Assembly (NCBI GenBank): GCA_000934665.2
Contig: KZ538775.1
Coordinates: 46,195 to 66,194 of the forward strand
Direction of reading: 5' to 3'
Length of the DNA stretch: 20,000 nt
From: Catajapyx aquilonaris
Lineage: Eukaryota
Part shown: in pieces, positions 1-12,835 of the stretch
Numbering within the stretch: position 1 is the first letter of the stretch
Layout: each line of letters starts with the position of its first letter
The notes under the pieces: generated by a model
Seen by the model: only the letters and a program-made list of their open reading frames with translations
Databases searched by the model: none
Told to the model about the DNA's origin: nothing
Position numbers and translations under genes: made by a program

Positions 1-2127
1 TTCGGTCAGCCATTGTTTTGGAAATCAATAAAGCATGATCATCCGTTGCCCGCAATAGACGGCGCAGTAGCCAATATCATGGGGTGCACTTTTACATAAC
101 CATCAAACTCTGTAATTTGTGATCATAATCTGGCCAAAATGTTCGGTCCCACATTTACTCAATTTTTATGTGTTAGTTTTTGAAGCTGCAATCTTTGACG
201 TTGCGGTATGCTGCGAATGACGATGTGGACATATTAATAATTTCCGTGCGTGTGATCGAGCGTGATGTAAGCCTAATTTAAATCTAACCACCCCTCACTT
301 CAACCCCCAACCATCCCAGAGCTCTCTCAAACCTCTTTTCTATGCCACTCTCTGCCGTGGGATTGGAGCAGAAATAGTCCAGCTGCTAGTAGTTGCCAAC
401 CCGGGGTAGATTTGGATTCATTTGCATAATTATATTTCATCCCCCCCACCCTCCAAACCTGGCCCTTCGTAATGGCATAATAGTTTGGAGAGTATAGTAC
501 CCAGCAACATTGTTTTTTTGAAACGGATCATGTAGTTGCGCTGTAAATAATTTTTCTCTTATCGTGATGTCACTTTTTGCGCTGAAAAGTGAGTCATGAG
601 ATTCCGCGCTTTTTTTTCGCACTTCCTGTTTTTGTACCCGGGGTTACGTATAAGGTGCGGTATAAAATGGCAAGGGTTCATGACCTCTACGGGGTGGGCC
701 ACTCGCAGCAAATAAGACTGAGCGTTTTATTGAGTGGGAATCCTCGAGCCAAGGCCGAGAGATTGGGATGGATAAATGGATGATTGGGGAACCAGTTCAA
801 TGATGAAAGTAGAGTGGAGAGTCCCCCCCCCCCCTCTATACAGCAGCATGTAAAGGTTGCAATTGCAGTTTTACAGTGCAGTTTTGTGACGTAAAAAGTG
901 GGCGGGAAACAATGTCAGAGGGAGGGTGGGGTAAAAACCATTGATCTGAGTGGACTTGAGTTGTGTACATGACTCACGTGCACACGCACCCAAACATGCT
1001 ATACATATTAAAACAATTTTGCAGCGCAATCCATGCATGCGTTATTTTGCGAATCTGAAAAATCCATGTAAGTGCGGGTCTAATTGGCAAGAGTACATTC
1101 ACTGTACTGTGTATTACATTTTGCACGGTCGAGTGTACAGCTATTTGCGAAATATGCCGCACTAACCTCATAACAGCAGAGGAGAAGGGAGGGTTTGCAT
1201 ATCGATTTTTGTTATCTAATCCTTCTTGACGTGACTCGCAGTATTTCCGTCCATATTAAAACCCATAATTATAATCGGATCGCTAACCAGGCACAAAAAA
1301 AAAATCATGTACTTTGCTTGCTTTTTTTAGTGACAGTATCCGCATCCCTTGCTTTCTTTTTGTCTGTAATAATTCCAAAGAAGGGGGGGAAGGTTGCTCA
1401 TGTTTATTTATTTTCCCTTCCCCATGCCACTTCTTAACTTAGATAGGACGTATAGAGGAGATAGAGGGGGAAGGTAAAAGAGGGGGAGGAAAAAGGTTAT
1501 GGGACGCCATTGTCTCTCGAATAATAAAAAGCTCGGCGGATGAATGAGTCCGTGGGAAGTACAATAGGGTTGGGGGAGGTTGGATGTATTATAATCCTTT
1601 CTGTACCGTTGGTTTGGCAGATGTGCCTCTTCTGTGCATTGCCATTGCACGAGCACACTTTTCTTTATTAATAAAAATGGAGGTAAAAAAAATTGAGTTG
1701 ATGGCCTGTAACAGTGTGCTGTAATCGACAGTGTTTTCGACTGGAATTTGAAAACTGACCCCCTTTGTTTGTGGGGAAGTGAATTTAATCAGAAGTAACC
1801 CCGGTACACCGGAGTGAAAATGCAATTTGCCTGCCAGGTTGGGATAGTGTTGACCTTTTCGGAGGCATCCCGCAGTATAGTTTTTAGTAATTAATTTTCA
1901 TGTTATTGGGGATATTGGCTGCCAGGAGGCGGGCCCAGGTTATGAAGTGGGTGTGATGCCAATATTCTGCAAATGAAAATGTAAAATGGGGGTGGGGGGT
2001 TGCGTTTTGTTCGATGCGGTGCGCACTGCATCGGTGGTTTACTGCAGTGATATAGCATAATTTGCAAAGTCAATATTTTCCGGATAACTTTGGAGGCGTT
2101 TGCAGCTGGGGGAAGGGATGGGGATGT

Positions 2128-2135
2128 TGACGTCA
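2128..2135. promoter_or_regulatory. Full CRE palindrome (CREB/ATF site)
   Basis: TGACGTCA, followed closely by the variant TGATGTCA (2138-2145). Confidence 0.35.
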
Positions 2136-2321
2136 CATGATGTCATAAACAGGGGGGATTATTAATCACACGGTTACTAATGATATGAAAGCTGTAATGT
2201 TGAAAGTGCATGTTTGTTCGAGAAACCGTAAAAAAGTTTTTTTTTTACCATACCAGGAAAAATGAGTTGGGAAATTTATGGAAAGGGCAAGATTAATATT
2301 GTTTTTTTTCATATCATGCTA

Positions 2322-2385
2322 CAGGGTGTTAACTGCTTAGTGCCAGATTCACTAATTACTTCATTTCAATTATTGGAACACCCTC
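2322..2385. mobile_element. Very short MITE-like or internally deleted Tc1/mariner-type relic, copy 1
   Basis: TA|CAGGGTGTT...AACACCCTC|TA. The 9-bp terminal inverted repeats have one terminal mismatch and are flanked by TA on both sides. TA-CAGGGTG termini are typical of many Tc1/mariner-derived elements. Confidence 0.5.
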
Positions 2386-2471
2386 TATGTAAACAATGCA
2401 ATACCAGGAAAAATGAGTTGGGAAATTTATGGAAAGGGCAAGATTAATATTGTTTTTTTCATATCATGCTA

Positions 2472-2535
2472 CAGGGTGTTAACTGCTTAGTGCCAGAATC
2501 ACTAATTACTTCATTTCAATTATTGGAACACCCTC
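2472..2535. mobile_element. Very short MITE-like or Tc1/mariner-type relic, copy 2 (inside the duplicated unit)
   Basis: Same TA|CAGGGTGTT...AACACCCTC|TA structure as 2322-2385. Confidence 0.5.
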
Positions 2536-5108
2536 TATGTAAACAATGCATTTATTAATAACGATAAATTAAATAATGGCAGGCTTTATGTAGTTGAGTA
2601 GGATGACTAGTACTGTAAGCAATTACTGGGTGTTAATGGTGATACATAGACCCCGAAAATAGCAAATAAAACCGGCCCGTATCACGAATTCATGAATCAT
2701 GAACCGGTCCCATGACAGAGAAGTTATCGGGGCCTTCTCTTGACTTTAGGGCCATGCCACAGATTTGCACAGTGTCGCATCGAAGAAAATTATGGCGAAT
2801 TATAGTCGACTTGGCCAAGGATGATGCCCTTGCGAGCGATTGTAAATATCTGAAACAGTGTTGATAAGAGGGGGATAACGTTAGCAGTGCACAAAAAAAG
2901 CCTTGGCCTGGAGGGTGGGGAGGGTGGTGAGGGACGAGGGGAGAGGCGGAAAATAACGGGGTCGGAGAGGCATAGTTGCCTCGGCAGATTCGAAGTTCAC
3001 ACGGATACAACTTGGCATTCTCTCGGTTTTACCTGCTCTTGCCAAATTGATTACCAAAGCACGCTCCAGCTCGTCTCATCCACCCATTTTTTCCTTCTTT
3101 TTTTACGCCTGAAAAAAGAGACGGCCGGGTTGTATTAGAGACGAGATGAGGTTGGCCATGGAGACACCTAAAAAAAAGAAGGAAGAGGGATTTAAGGCGA
3201 GCATATGGCAACGTGTGATGATCTACGTGTCGTTTCAGCTCATAACATTATCACCAGGATGGGTCCAAGAGAGCAGCACATGGCGGGCTTCAGATTACTA
3301 ATAGAGAGATGGGCGGAGGGATTCAGGATATAAATGGGAGAGAGAGAGGGGGGGGGGTTAAATTTGCATGTCCACATCTGCAGGAAGAGCTCCAATGTAC
3401 AGAGTTTTCAATTTCCAACTCATTGTGGAAAAGGAGAAAACTCGACGCCCACTGTGCAGGTGCTGCTATATACACACGCACACACAAAAAAACAACAAAA
3501 ACTGTAAGCCTGGGGTATGTTTCCTAAACAGGTAACAATTAGTTGAGCAAGTTTGGGGAATGGAGGTGGGAATTTTTTTGATGAAATTTTTTTTTAATAA
3601 ATAAAATTTTGTAGCGAGTGTGTGTGGCATTCCAGTGAACTATATCTAATCCGGGGTAGATTACGCGGCCGCAAAACCGTGATTTGCGATACCGGTGTAT
3701 GCGATTTATTGCGAATGAACCGGCACAGGTATTTGGAAAGCAATTAACCCAATATTTTATGGCAGCTCCCCCCCCCCCTCCCCACTTTTTTTCTGAAAGC
3801 GTCGCTACGTAAACTAAGCAGCGTGTAATGCGATTAATGAACTCAGTGCGTGATTATTAATGTGCAGTAACTTTATTGTAATTAATGGGGGAAAAGGGCG
3901 CTTTTATTTGCAGGGCGAGTAAATATTCAAGCGCGGGGAAGTTTTTAATCCAGTTAGCAATGGTGCCCTTGTTTTGATCAAATTTCACCCACCAATTATT
4001 TTATCCGGCAGAACATAACGAACAAAATAATGTATTATAGAGAGAGAGAGAAAAAAATGAGGCCGACAACAAACAACCATAAAAATGGCACCAGATCCTG
4101 TTAACACTGCAGACTTTTAAAATGTAGGCAAAAGTTAATGAGCGGAGTAGGAAGCCATTCTGGTTGGGAAGTTTCCACATTCTTGAACCTTGAAACGAGT
4201 TTTCCGTGTAAAGACGGGCGCTACTTTCTACGCCGAAGGGGAAAGGAGTCTAAATAAATAGAGGGGAGGATGTTACCGTGTGTCCTGTCCACTTCCAACT
4301 TCCAATCACATCTGGGCTGGGATAGGAAAGGACACACTAAAAAAAAGAGAGAGATGGTCCATTTGGCCGGATTTTATTTCGCTTGCTCCGAAGGTGGCTA
4401 AATATGTTTCAATATGTGCTCGACCAGACGAAATTCGGCCGAAACTAGCCTAGAAAAAAAAGGTCCAGGGTCTCCCCAACTCCCCATTCAATCCCCCATG
4501 TAACTGTATTTGTTGTCATGAAGCGAAGGCGGAAAGAGTAGCCAAGTTTAAGGAAAAAGAAGACAAAAAAAAAGAAGTGGAGGGCAGCCATTCGCTTCAT
4601 TGGTATAGAAGTCTGATGGTGTTGTTGTTGTTTTTTTTTCTCTTCCGTTGCAACCGAGGGGGCTTTTGATGCCTGATTGATCAAGTACAAGTCGCTCGGG
4701 TCGGTTTGGTTGTAAGTAACCTACTTGAGACTGGTTGAAGTCGAAAGAGAAGAAGGGGAATCGATATCTGCAAGCAAATGCGCGTGAAGATTGATTTGAC
4801 ATGGGCTCGCTTTGGAAAGAGGATAGAGAGACAGAGGTATAAGTATATAAGGTAAAAAAAAAATGTCTCCGTCTTCTTTTTCGATTTTTGATGGCGGCTC
4901 CTTTTTTTTGTAAATAATATATATGGTGTGTAGGAGGGGGGAAAGACCGGTGTTGGGACGAATGCGAACAAATTTTGCGAAACACATTTTTGGAGTCGGG
5001 GAAATCCGGAAGTCGAGCATGATATAAGTCAACGTCTGGGAAGAGTTTTTGTACATTAAGCTTGGTGAAAGGGAAGATCGCCTTAGGACTGATGACTTAT
5101 TGATTCTA

Positions 5109-5127
5109 NNNNNNNNNNNNNNNNNNN
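5109..5127. other. Assembly gap (19 N)
   Basis: N run. Single Ns also occur at 16960 and 19575, both in G/C homopolymer contexts. Confidence 0.98.
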
Positions 5128-5746
5128 TCCCATCCCACCTCCTTCATTCCCCCGCCCCCTCAGCCATTCCCATCATGTTTGAAAAGGCTCAGATCCCAAA
5201 ATGAGGATTACCTGGCAATCTCATCGATAGCCATTACCCGATGAAGTATTTCCAGTGCTAAAACGGATTTTAATCGTCGTACAAACGTTATCGATAATTT
5301 AAATGTTAATGATTTCATATGAGGTCTAATCCGTTCCGCCCTGTATACGATTATTTTTTTCATGTGGGTGACTCAACCTTTTTTCGATAAGGGGCGTTTG
5401 GCCTTGGATCTTGATTCCGCCGTGAGAATTTTCTGTTGAGGTCACTGAACATGTCCCTGTTATAATGGAAAAAAGGAAAAGAAAATGCTGAGGTGCTTGC
5501 CTTTCCCTTTGAACCGAATTTCCGCGTGATATGAACAAGAAGAAAAAAAAAAGACTTCTATTCATAGTCCTGCCGCATAAATCTCGTGATAGTTTTTGAT
5601 TGGATCAAATCACGTGCAATTTTTATGCAAACGGGCGATGATTTGTCGTGACGATCTTCTCCCATCTCGGTTGCGTGTCCGCTCGACCTTCAATTTACAC
5701 GTTAAAAAACAAGGCGCTCGGAAAAAAGATTTGACCGATCAAACTC

Positions 5747-5758
5747 TGTGACGTCACA
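5747..5758. promoter_or_regulatory. Full CRE within a 12-bp palindrome
   Basis: TGTGACGTCACA. Confidence 0.35.
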
Positions 5759-8700
5759 CATACACATTAAAAATAATCGAGATGGGGAGGCGTGGCCAGA
5801 AGCTCGCAGAACAAAGGAAGCTGCTGGCAGAAATTAGGACGCAAACAGAGCGATGAGAATTTGGGCCACTCCTACTTTTATACACCTCTCTTTTGTGTTG
5901 ACAGTGCTAAACGCTGGGGCAACAATTAAGTGGAGCTCTAACCAATCTTAGAAACATATGCGCGGGGGCCCGTCTATTTTAAGGAACTGCCGGCCCATTT
6001 TTTATGGGGTTGCCAAAAAGTCTGCTTGCAGAGTCGGATGTTAATTTTGCATACGGGCCTCTACCCCATCTAGCGAATTTTTTTAAAAAAAAGGAGTGAT
6101 ATGAATGAAAAGGAATTCGGGAGGCTGTTCCGTCAGGAAAACATTTATTTTCAGCAGTTAAGTTGTCGTGGCAGAGCAAGAGCCATATTTCAGTATTTTA
6201 ACCCTCCAAAAAAAGGGGGGGAAAGGATGGTACGCTGTTACTTTTCCAGCCTGGTGCTTTATTAGCCGAAAATAAGTGTGTAATAGCGTGATGGCGCTTC
6301 TGGGACGTAATTTCCTTTATGAGGGCAGTATTTTGGGAAGCATGACTCCAGCAATGTGCTTGTACACAGAAATAGCTGCATGTGGAAAAAGAAAAACGGT
6401 CGATTTTTCTTGTATTGGGGGTATGGTGGAGAGGGGGAGACTTGTTTTTCTAGTTGTTTTTTTTTTTGGTATGTTCCTTGGGAAGTCATGGCTGAGGGTA
6501 AACCGGTCTGAGGGTTTTTGGCGGACAAAGGGAGATGTAATTGGAGTGCGCATCGCGGCCATATTGTACCCCCAGCGTAACTGCGTTTGTATCATGTGAC
6601 ACGGCGGGCACCCCACATTTTTTCTAGTTCAATCTCCTTTGTCGACCCGAGAATCCTGGAAATCGGTTCTGGTTGTGTGGGAGGAACACTCGACTCAATT
6701 TCGAGATAAGTTGTGTAATATAGTTTTTTCCTCGGAATTGCGGCGTCCGTGGAATGACACGAACTCTGTTATGTATCCAGGTTTAATTATATATGGAAGG
6801 GTTTGCTTGCAACGAAGGACGTTATTTAAAAATATATTTCAGTAGAACGTATATCTCCAATTGATGAGGATGCAAGTATGTGTAAAAATTTCCTGCCCCT
6901 TTTCCTGTTGGGTTACGTAATTCTCGTTGAATAAAACATTGCGACACTGTAAATGAATTTTTTTTTTTCATTGGCGCACTACATCATTTTATTGAAGTTG
7001 ACAGTGTTATTATGCAGTACTACTTTATGGATGAAGGAAAAAGATCGCCAGCGAGTTTCTCATCCCGTTAAAAATGCGAATATGACTCGGATGACGTAAG
7101 ACAATGAAGTGAACTCGACTCGAACAGAGAGACACTCGGAGTATAAAAGCCAATAAAAACGGTAAAGGTCGCAGCTAGGAAATAAAAGGCTGTATTACAG
7201 TGCCGGAGGGGGGCTTGGCAAGAGTTAACCGAAACTGAAGAAAAAATTGCTGTGCATATGCATTACAGAGCAGGGGCATGTGTGCACGAATTAATTTCGG
7301 AGGCTGCCATCACAAATATGGGGCCACTTTTACCAGCCTTGAGCCGATAATTGAATCTCGGTCCAAGTTTGGATATGACTATTGGTATTCATTCTGTTTC
7401 TCTTGGCGGATCCATCCTGAGACGTGTAGACATAATATCAGAAAAGATCATAGACGGATTGAGGGGTGGTGGTGGAAGTGTAGGAGAAAAAAAAATCAAT
7501 GGCTGCCATATCTCCCTGGGGGGAAATCCCCTGGGTCTTCTCCACCTCCCCCAACATCACCATCCACCCCCCCTGCCCTCGAATCCCTTCCAGGAGTAAC
7601 ATTTTTGGCAAACACTAGATTTCTGTGGTGACCTGTTGGCTCATCGGAGTACGCTCCAGGGATGCCGTCTCACTGGCACAAATTGCGACTGAAACAGACG
7701 CCTCCGCTTCATCTCAAAATCGAGCCTGAAAAAAACAAGATGTATTATTTTTATTGCACTAACTGTCCAATTTATTTATTAGTACAGCAACTGTGTAATT
7801 GAGCTCTGTACCACCCTGGACATTGTATCGAGTCATGAATAATAACAAAATCGGGTCAGCGGCTCTTCTTGCATGCCCACACATCCATGATTCAGATTTC
7901 TCCTCCACCCCATCCCCATATCACCCCTCCTTTTACTATTTGACGTCGAGTGCATTGCGAATGCGCTCCATGGACGACTAATGGCACAGGTCCTTTCAAA
8001 GTCCTTGAAATGTGTATAAATGCTTGACTTCGGGGAAGTGGAGGCCTTATCGATCCGCGTAATGTCTGTGTTTGTAAGCGGAACAGGCAATCTTGGAGCT
8101 AAAGGAATAGCAGGGGGTTAATTTACTCGCTCAGGTATCCCGTTTGACGTTGATTATGAGGGCTCCGAGTCCCCCCCAGCACCAAGAGTTCCTGGTGCCT
8201 ACGACCCCCCCATCCTCTCTCTGGACCTGCTGCATTAAATATGGAGAAGAAACAAGTGCTAATTCGGCTAAATAAGTTTGCGCTGTCCCCAAATTGCGTT
8301 CTTTGCGACCCCCTAAGGGTAATTGCAGAAAAGGTCCGGCCTCGGATGCTGAGAAAGACACGTTTTATGTAATCAAGCGACATAAAGCGCAATCGATTTG
8401 GCAAGAGAATCATCCCCGTTTTTCGAGTTTTTGGGAGGAGGATGAGAAGGGGGGGATATTATTCAAGCGCGTTTTCAACCCGTCCTCTTCCTTTGAAAAT
8501 AAACGATAATGGGGCACTGCCAAGTTCGTTTCCTGGCGTCAAGGACAGGAATGATAATGCTGTTGAAGGGAAAGTAGTGCAAGTTGGAAGGTGCCAATTT
8601 GACAGCGAAGGGGGACTCAAAATCAGAAGTTAAGCATTTTCATGTGTCCAAAATTATGTGTATATGGAAAGGGGGGGGGGGGGTTTTTCCCTGAGATAAA

Positions 8701-9761
8701 ATTAGTTAGATGGTTTTTGGGGGATTTTAATTGGGTTGTCACAGACCAGCGCTCTCTGTCGTGGCGACAGCTGGGCATTAGTCACCTTCCTTATCTCTGC
8801 TGCACTGACACATACCAGACTGTGTAATGCGAAGTGCAATATGATTTAAATGGAACATTACCTCAAGACTCGGGTGTCAGCCAAGAAGTGCGGAAGTGAT
8901 AAGAGCTTTGTTATCTGAGAAGGACAGCTGAAAAGCAACCACGGGTTATCAAAGGGTCTGTACTAAAATGTTTGATTATTTTTAAAACTGGAGACGCAAT
9001 GTTTCAATTTGTTTTTGCGGCACATACGTGGCAGTGTCCATGTAAATCCGGAAAGAGATGGAAGATGAATTTTAATAACCCCCCTTTTTCCCATCTCCTG
9101 CATCATATCCCGCCTGCTGCCCTCCCCCACTTCGTTAATTACATAAATAACGTAATTAATCCTCTGGCTACGGGCCATGTTTGTGTTTTTTTATGCAGGA
9201 CTAGGGGGGTATGGCCGGGGTAGTTTTAGGGGGGGTTGGGTTGAACCTCCGGACATGGCCTAAAACATGAAAGAGAATGCCCCCCACCCACCCACCCTCC
9301 ACCCACTCTTTCCAACCCGTGCTGGCACTAAATGAGTTTTTGCTGATTAGTTTCAGTTTTACAAGGTAATGAACCGCATTTTGAGCACCCCCCATTCTTT
9401 TTCCCTCTCACACACACCTTTTCCGTCGCTGATTGACAAAATAGACGAGGGATAGAGCGTGGGTGGGTGTAATCGAAATAAACACTTGATGCCCATTATA
9501 GTGCGATGGCGAAGGCAAATTGACTAATTGGCGGATTCTGCGTGTAATGAGAGGCCCGACCTATTGTTGCACTTGTACGTGGTGTCTGCACGTGTCAGTG
9601 GATATTTTATGGTACCTCGTAAACGTTGCTTTTTATTAGAACTATTTATGCAATGTGCTGCTTGTAATAACCGTGTTTTGCATGCTGTTTTTTTCTGTGC
9701 ACTTCTCTCGAGGGCGAGGGACTGTAAAGCCATTTCTGAAGGCTAGGAATCCATTTATCTT

Positions 9762-9771
9762 ATGACGTCAT
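9762..9771. promoter_or_regulatory. Full CRE within a 10-bp palindrome
   Basis: ATGACGTCAT. Confidence 0.35.
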
Positions 9772-10496
9772 GCCTGGGTAACGAAATCGTTTGGAGAGAA
9801 TAAGAAAAAAAATACACAGTTGGTCTGTTAGAACATACAGAATCCAGTTTCCTATGACTTGGCCTTGGTTGAGCAGCTTTGACACAACAAAATAATATTA
9901 TCCGTCTGTGAGCAGAAATATTGCAACATCGCGCGGGTAATAAGTGTCACAGCTAATCATTTTCTAACACGGCTTATCCTGCTCTCTGCACGTCAACAAG
10001 CAAACTTATTATTTGTTTTAATACTAGTCACGTTGACAAAAATTAAACTTAATGCCCCGATCTAATTAAATTCTGGTAGGCCCGCGCAATTAAACCCGAT
10101 TTCACGCCAAGGACACATTGGTTTCTATTTTTTCCTCATTGACCTTACGGATCGTGTCCCGCATAAAAATTTTCTCATCTCGGCTTTTAATAACTGCTGT
10201 GCCATTTTGTATTTTATGTATGACGCACATCTGACTAATCATTTATGCCCAACATTTTTTTTTTGACATATTTATTTAGTCCGTGCTTGCAAATTGTTTG
10301 CAATTACGAAAACATATTTAGAGGGTAGTACAGGTATGCTGGAGTATGCACACACACAAAAAAAGGGAGTTTGGAGGGTTATAACCTCTAGCGTTAGTAA
10401 ATGATGTAGTAGGGTATTAGCAAGCGGAAGAGATGGGGCGCCATGGAAAGTAGGGGGGGGGGAGTAGGAGAGGAGGGGAAAGGGAAGGGGGGGGGG

Positions 10497-10502
10497 NNNN
10501 NN
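10497..10502. other. Assembly gap (6 N) between a G run and a C run
   Basis: ...gggggggggg NNNNNN cccccccccccc... Confidence 0.98.
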
Positions 10503-10523
10503 CCCCCCCCCCCCTCCCAAATG

Positions 10524-10537
10524 GTTGCCATGGAGAC
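10524..10537 (-). promoter_or_regulatory. Candidate RFX X-box
   Basis: GTTGCCATGGAGAC; the reverse complement GTCTCC-AT-GGCAAC fits the X-box consensus GTHNYY-AT-RRNAAC. Motif match only. Confidence 0.45.
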
Positions 10538-11062
10538 GTGGCCACCACACAGATTTCGTCCTCGAATAAAAGCCCCGAAAGCGGAATAATCGTCCTTCAC
10601 TGAAATGTACTGGGAAAGCCTATTCTCTTATTGCACATATTACCGTCTAGCAAACGGGTCTAATTATAGCGCGGTGTAATTAAATTGTTTCGCATATATT
10701 TTTTTTTGTTGTTTGTTGCGTCGACATGCAACGCCTATATGGTTTTATTATTTGTTGTTTGTTGGACTTTTGGGACGTGTCCTGTTTAGTTGTTGTTTCC
10801 GGCCAGGTAATGATGGCAGATGTAGGTTATTTTTTTAATTTTTTTTTTTGGAGGTAGGAGGGGGGATGGGGGTTGTTTTTTTTAAGAGTGGAATTTTTGG
10901 CGCAGCTCGCGATAGGGGTTATTAGCTGAATATTTTATGGCCGGATGCTAAGGTGTACAAAGGTCCATGAAAAGTAATTTTTTATAGCTATACATAGCAT
11001 AGAAAAAAATGAGAACTGCCATCAAAACGCCCACACTCAATTAAAAAGCTATTGAAGCGAGC

Positions 11063-11116
<54 letters not shown>
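11063..11116. repeat. (AAT)18 microsatellite
   Basis: Uninterrupted AAT repeat of 54 bp. Confidence 0.98.
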
Positions 11117-11120
<4 letters not shown>

Positions 11121-11150
11121 CGCATTTTTGGTAATGTTTGGGATTCATGG

Positions 11151-11164
11151 TGTGTGTGTGTGTG
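11151..11164. repeat. (TG)7 microsatellite
   Basis: tgtgtgtgtgtgtg read directly. Confidence 0.9.
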
Positions 11165-11333
11165 TTTTTTCTTCTTCAAAAGCGTCGGGCAACAAATTCG
11201 ATCACTGTAATTTGGTAATGGCATTGCAGGGAAAGTGATGTTTAATGGCAGCTTCGTGTGCGCAACGACTATTGGCCAATGTAAATGCTATGTTGCCGCA
11301 TAATGCAGCTGACTGATTTTTTTTCGGCTAGTC

Positions 11334-11399
11334 CCCCTCCCTCCCCCCTTCCAATCTCCCCCTCCCATTTCTCTTCCCCCCCTACCATCCCCTCCCCCC
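11334..11399 (-). other. Polypyrimidine/C-rich tract; G-quadruplex-capable on the - strand
   Basis: At least eight runs of three or more C separated by short spacers. Confidence 0.6.
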
Positions 11400-12835
11400 G
11401 TTTTATCGATTGGGATACTATACAGAACACAGGTTACAAACGCCAACTTGTTGTAACCAAAGAGTATTTTAGCTTGCGCCATAGTTGACATGTTATGATG
11501 AAAATGTGAATCCCGCATGTAAATCAACCGTTTCTGGAAGGCAATTTTTATTATTATGTTTTACAAAAAAAATATGTCAAGTACTTTGGCGTACTGAGCG
11601 CATTGCCCAAACTATTAAGAGAATAACAGTGCACATAAGCTCGATTTTTGATGCTTTGTGCATGCGCAACAATGGGGTGGTAAATTGTCGGAGGATGGTT
11701 AGGTTGGGGGGCGGGTTTTGAATAGAAAGGCAGATGGCGTCAGGCACACAGGAGTACAATCCTATAATGCAAAAGGGTGGGTGGAGGGGGTGGGGGGCGG
11801 AGTGAGAAAAGCGTGTTAATTTGGGCGCTTGGACGGCCGGAATAGAAGGTAACAAATTGGGGACACTTTGTACCCGTCCAATAAGCCCGCCGTGTTGTTG
11901 CGAGAGAAGGGAACTCTCTTCTATAAATGGCGGACATTTTAGCCCCGCTATACTATATACACCCCCAGCTCGATTTCGCTTTTGTTGCTCTAACGACACT
12001 GACTGCACTTATTAATAACGGTGTGTGGTTTATTGGACGGGGGGAAAAAAAGTGAGAGAATGAAGAGAGAGAGAAAAAAAATGATTGGACCTGATAGGAG
12101 GGATTGGTATAAAATGCGATTTTGCCAGTGGAATTCAATCCCCGTAGACGGGGGGGGGGGACTTAAATTTAGGAGGTTTTAATGGATCCGTCGGATGTAA
12201 TTGCATTCACAATTCCGGGGATATGAATAAAGTATTAGACCAGTGTTTTCCAGCGGGGGGAAGCTTCAAGATTAGGAACTAGGGAGATTTATTTTTGTTG
12301 ACTGCGCGATTGAACCTGGCGATTAACATGTACAGGCGGCGGGGATTTGTTAATTACTCCAGGCCTCTCTCTCTATTTTTTTTATTCGGTTGATTTAGAG
12401 CGAATTTGAATTTCGCAATAACTTGATATACAGCGGCATTTCAAGGATCGTTGAGTAATTTAACCTTGTTATTAAAACTGCATGGATGAGTGGCTGTAAA
12501 GGGATTAAATTATTGGCCAAACGGAATATTTTATGATGCATGCATGACTCCAGCAATATAATTGCGCATGTACATATAAAAAGGGGGGGAAATGTGTGGT
12601 CGATGGTTTCTTAACAACGTTTCACATGTTTTTGTCTTCAATTTTACATTTACCTTATATTACGTGACAGTAATCGCACACGACAGACAGGAATTTTCTG
12701 CTTATTTATTTGAATTATTTTGAGCTGATTTTCGGTTTTTTTAAGTGCATGAAATAGCCCCCAGTGGTTTTATTGACCAATGAGCGATATGAATATTTAA
12801 CACAAAAAAATCTTTCACGTGATAACATTCATATC

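Larger units (their letters stand above)
2250..2550. repeat. Head-to-tail tandem duplication, 2 copies (2250-2400, 151 bp; 2401-2550, 150 bp)
   Basis: Both copies run ataccaggaaaaatgagttggg...ctctatgtaaacaatgca. They differ only by a T8/T7 run and gattc/gaatc. Confidence 0.97.

Noticed and set aside
4445..5056. Four overlapping - strand ORFs
   Set aside because: The purine-rich + strand depletes stop codons on the - strand, and the translations are low-complexity.
7600..7745. - strand acceptor-like site (ttgttttttttcag) suggesting a nested antisense exon
   Set aside because: All three frames close within about 30 codons and nothing is recognisable. A non-coding exon cannot be excluded but has no support.
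10988..11224. Poly-Ile ORF resembling a membrane peptide
   Set aside because: It is a translation of the (AAT)18 microsatellite.
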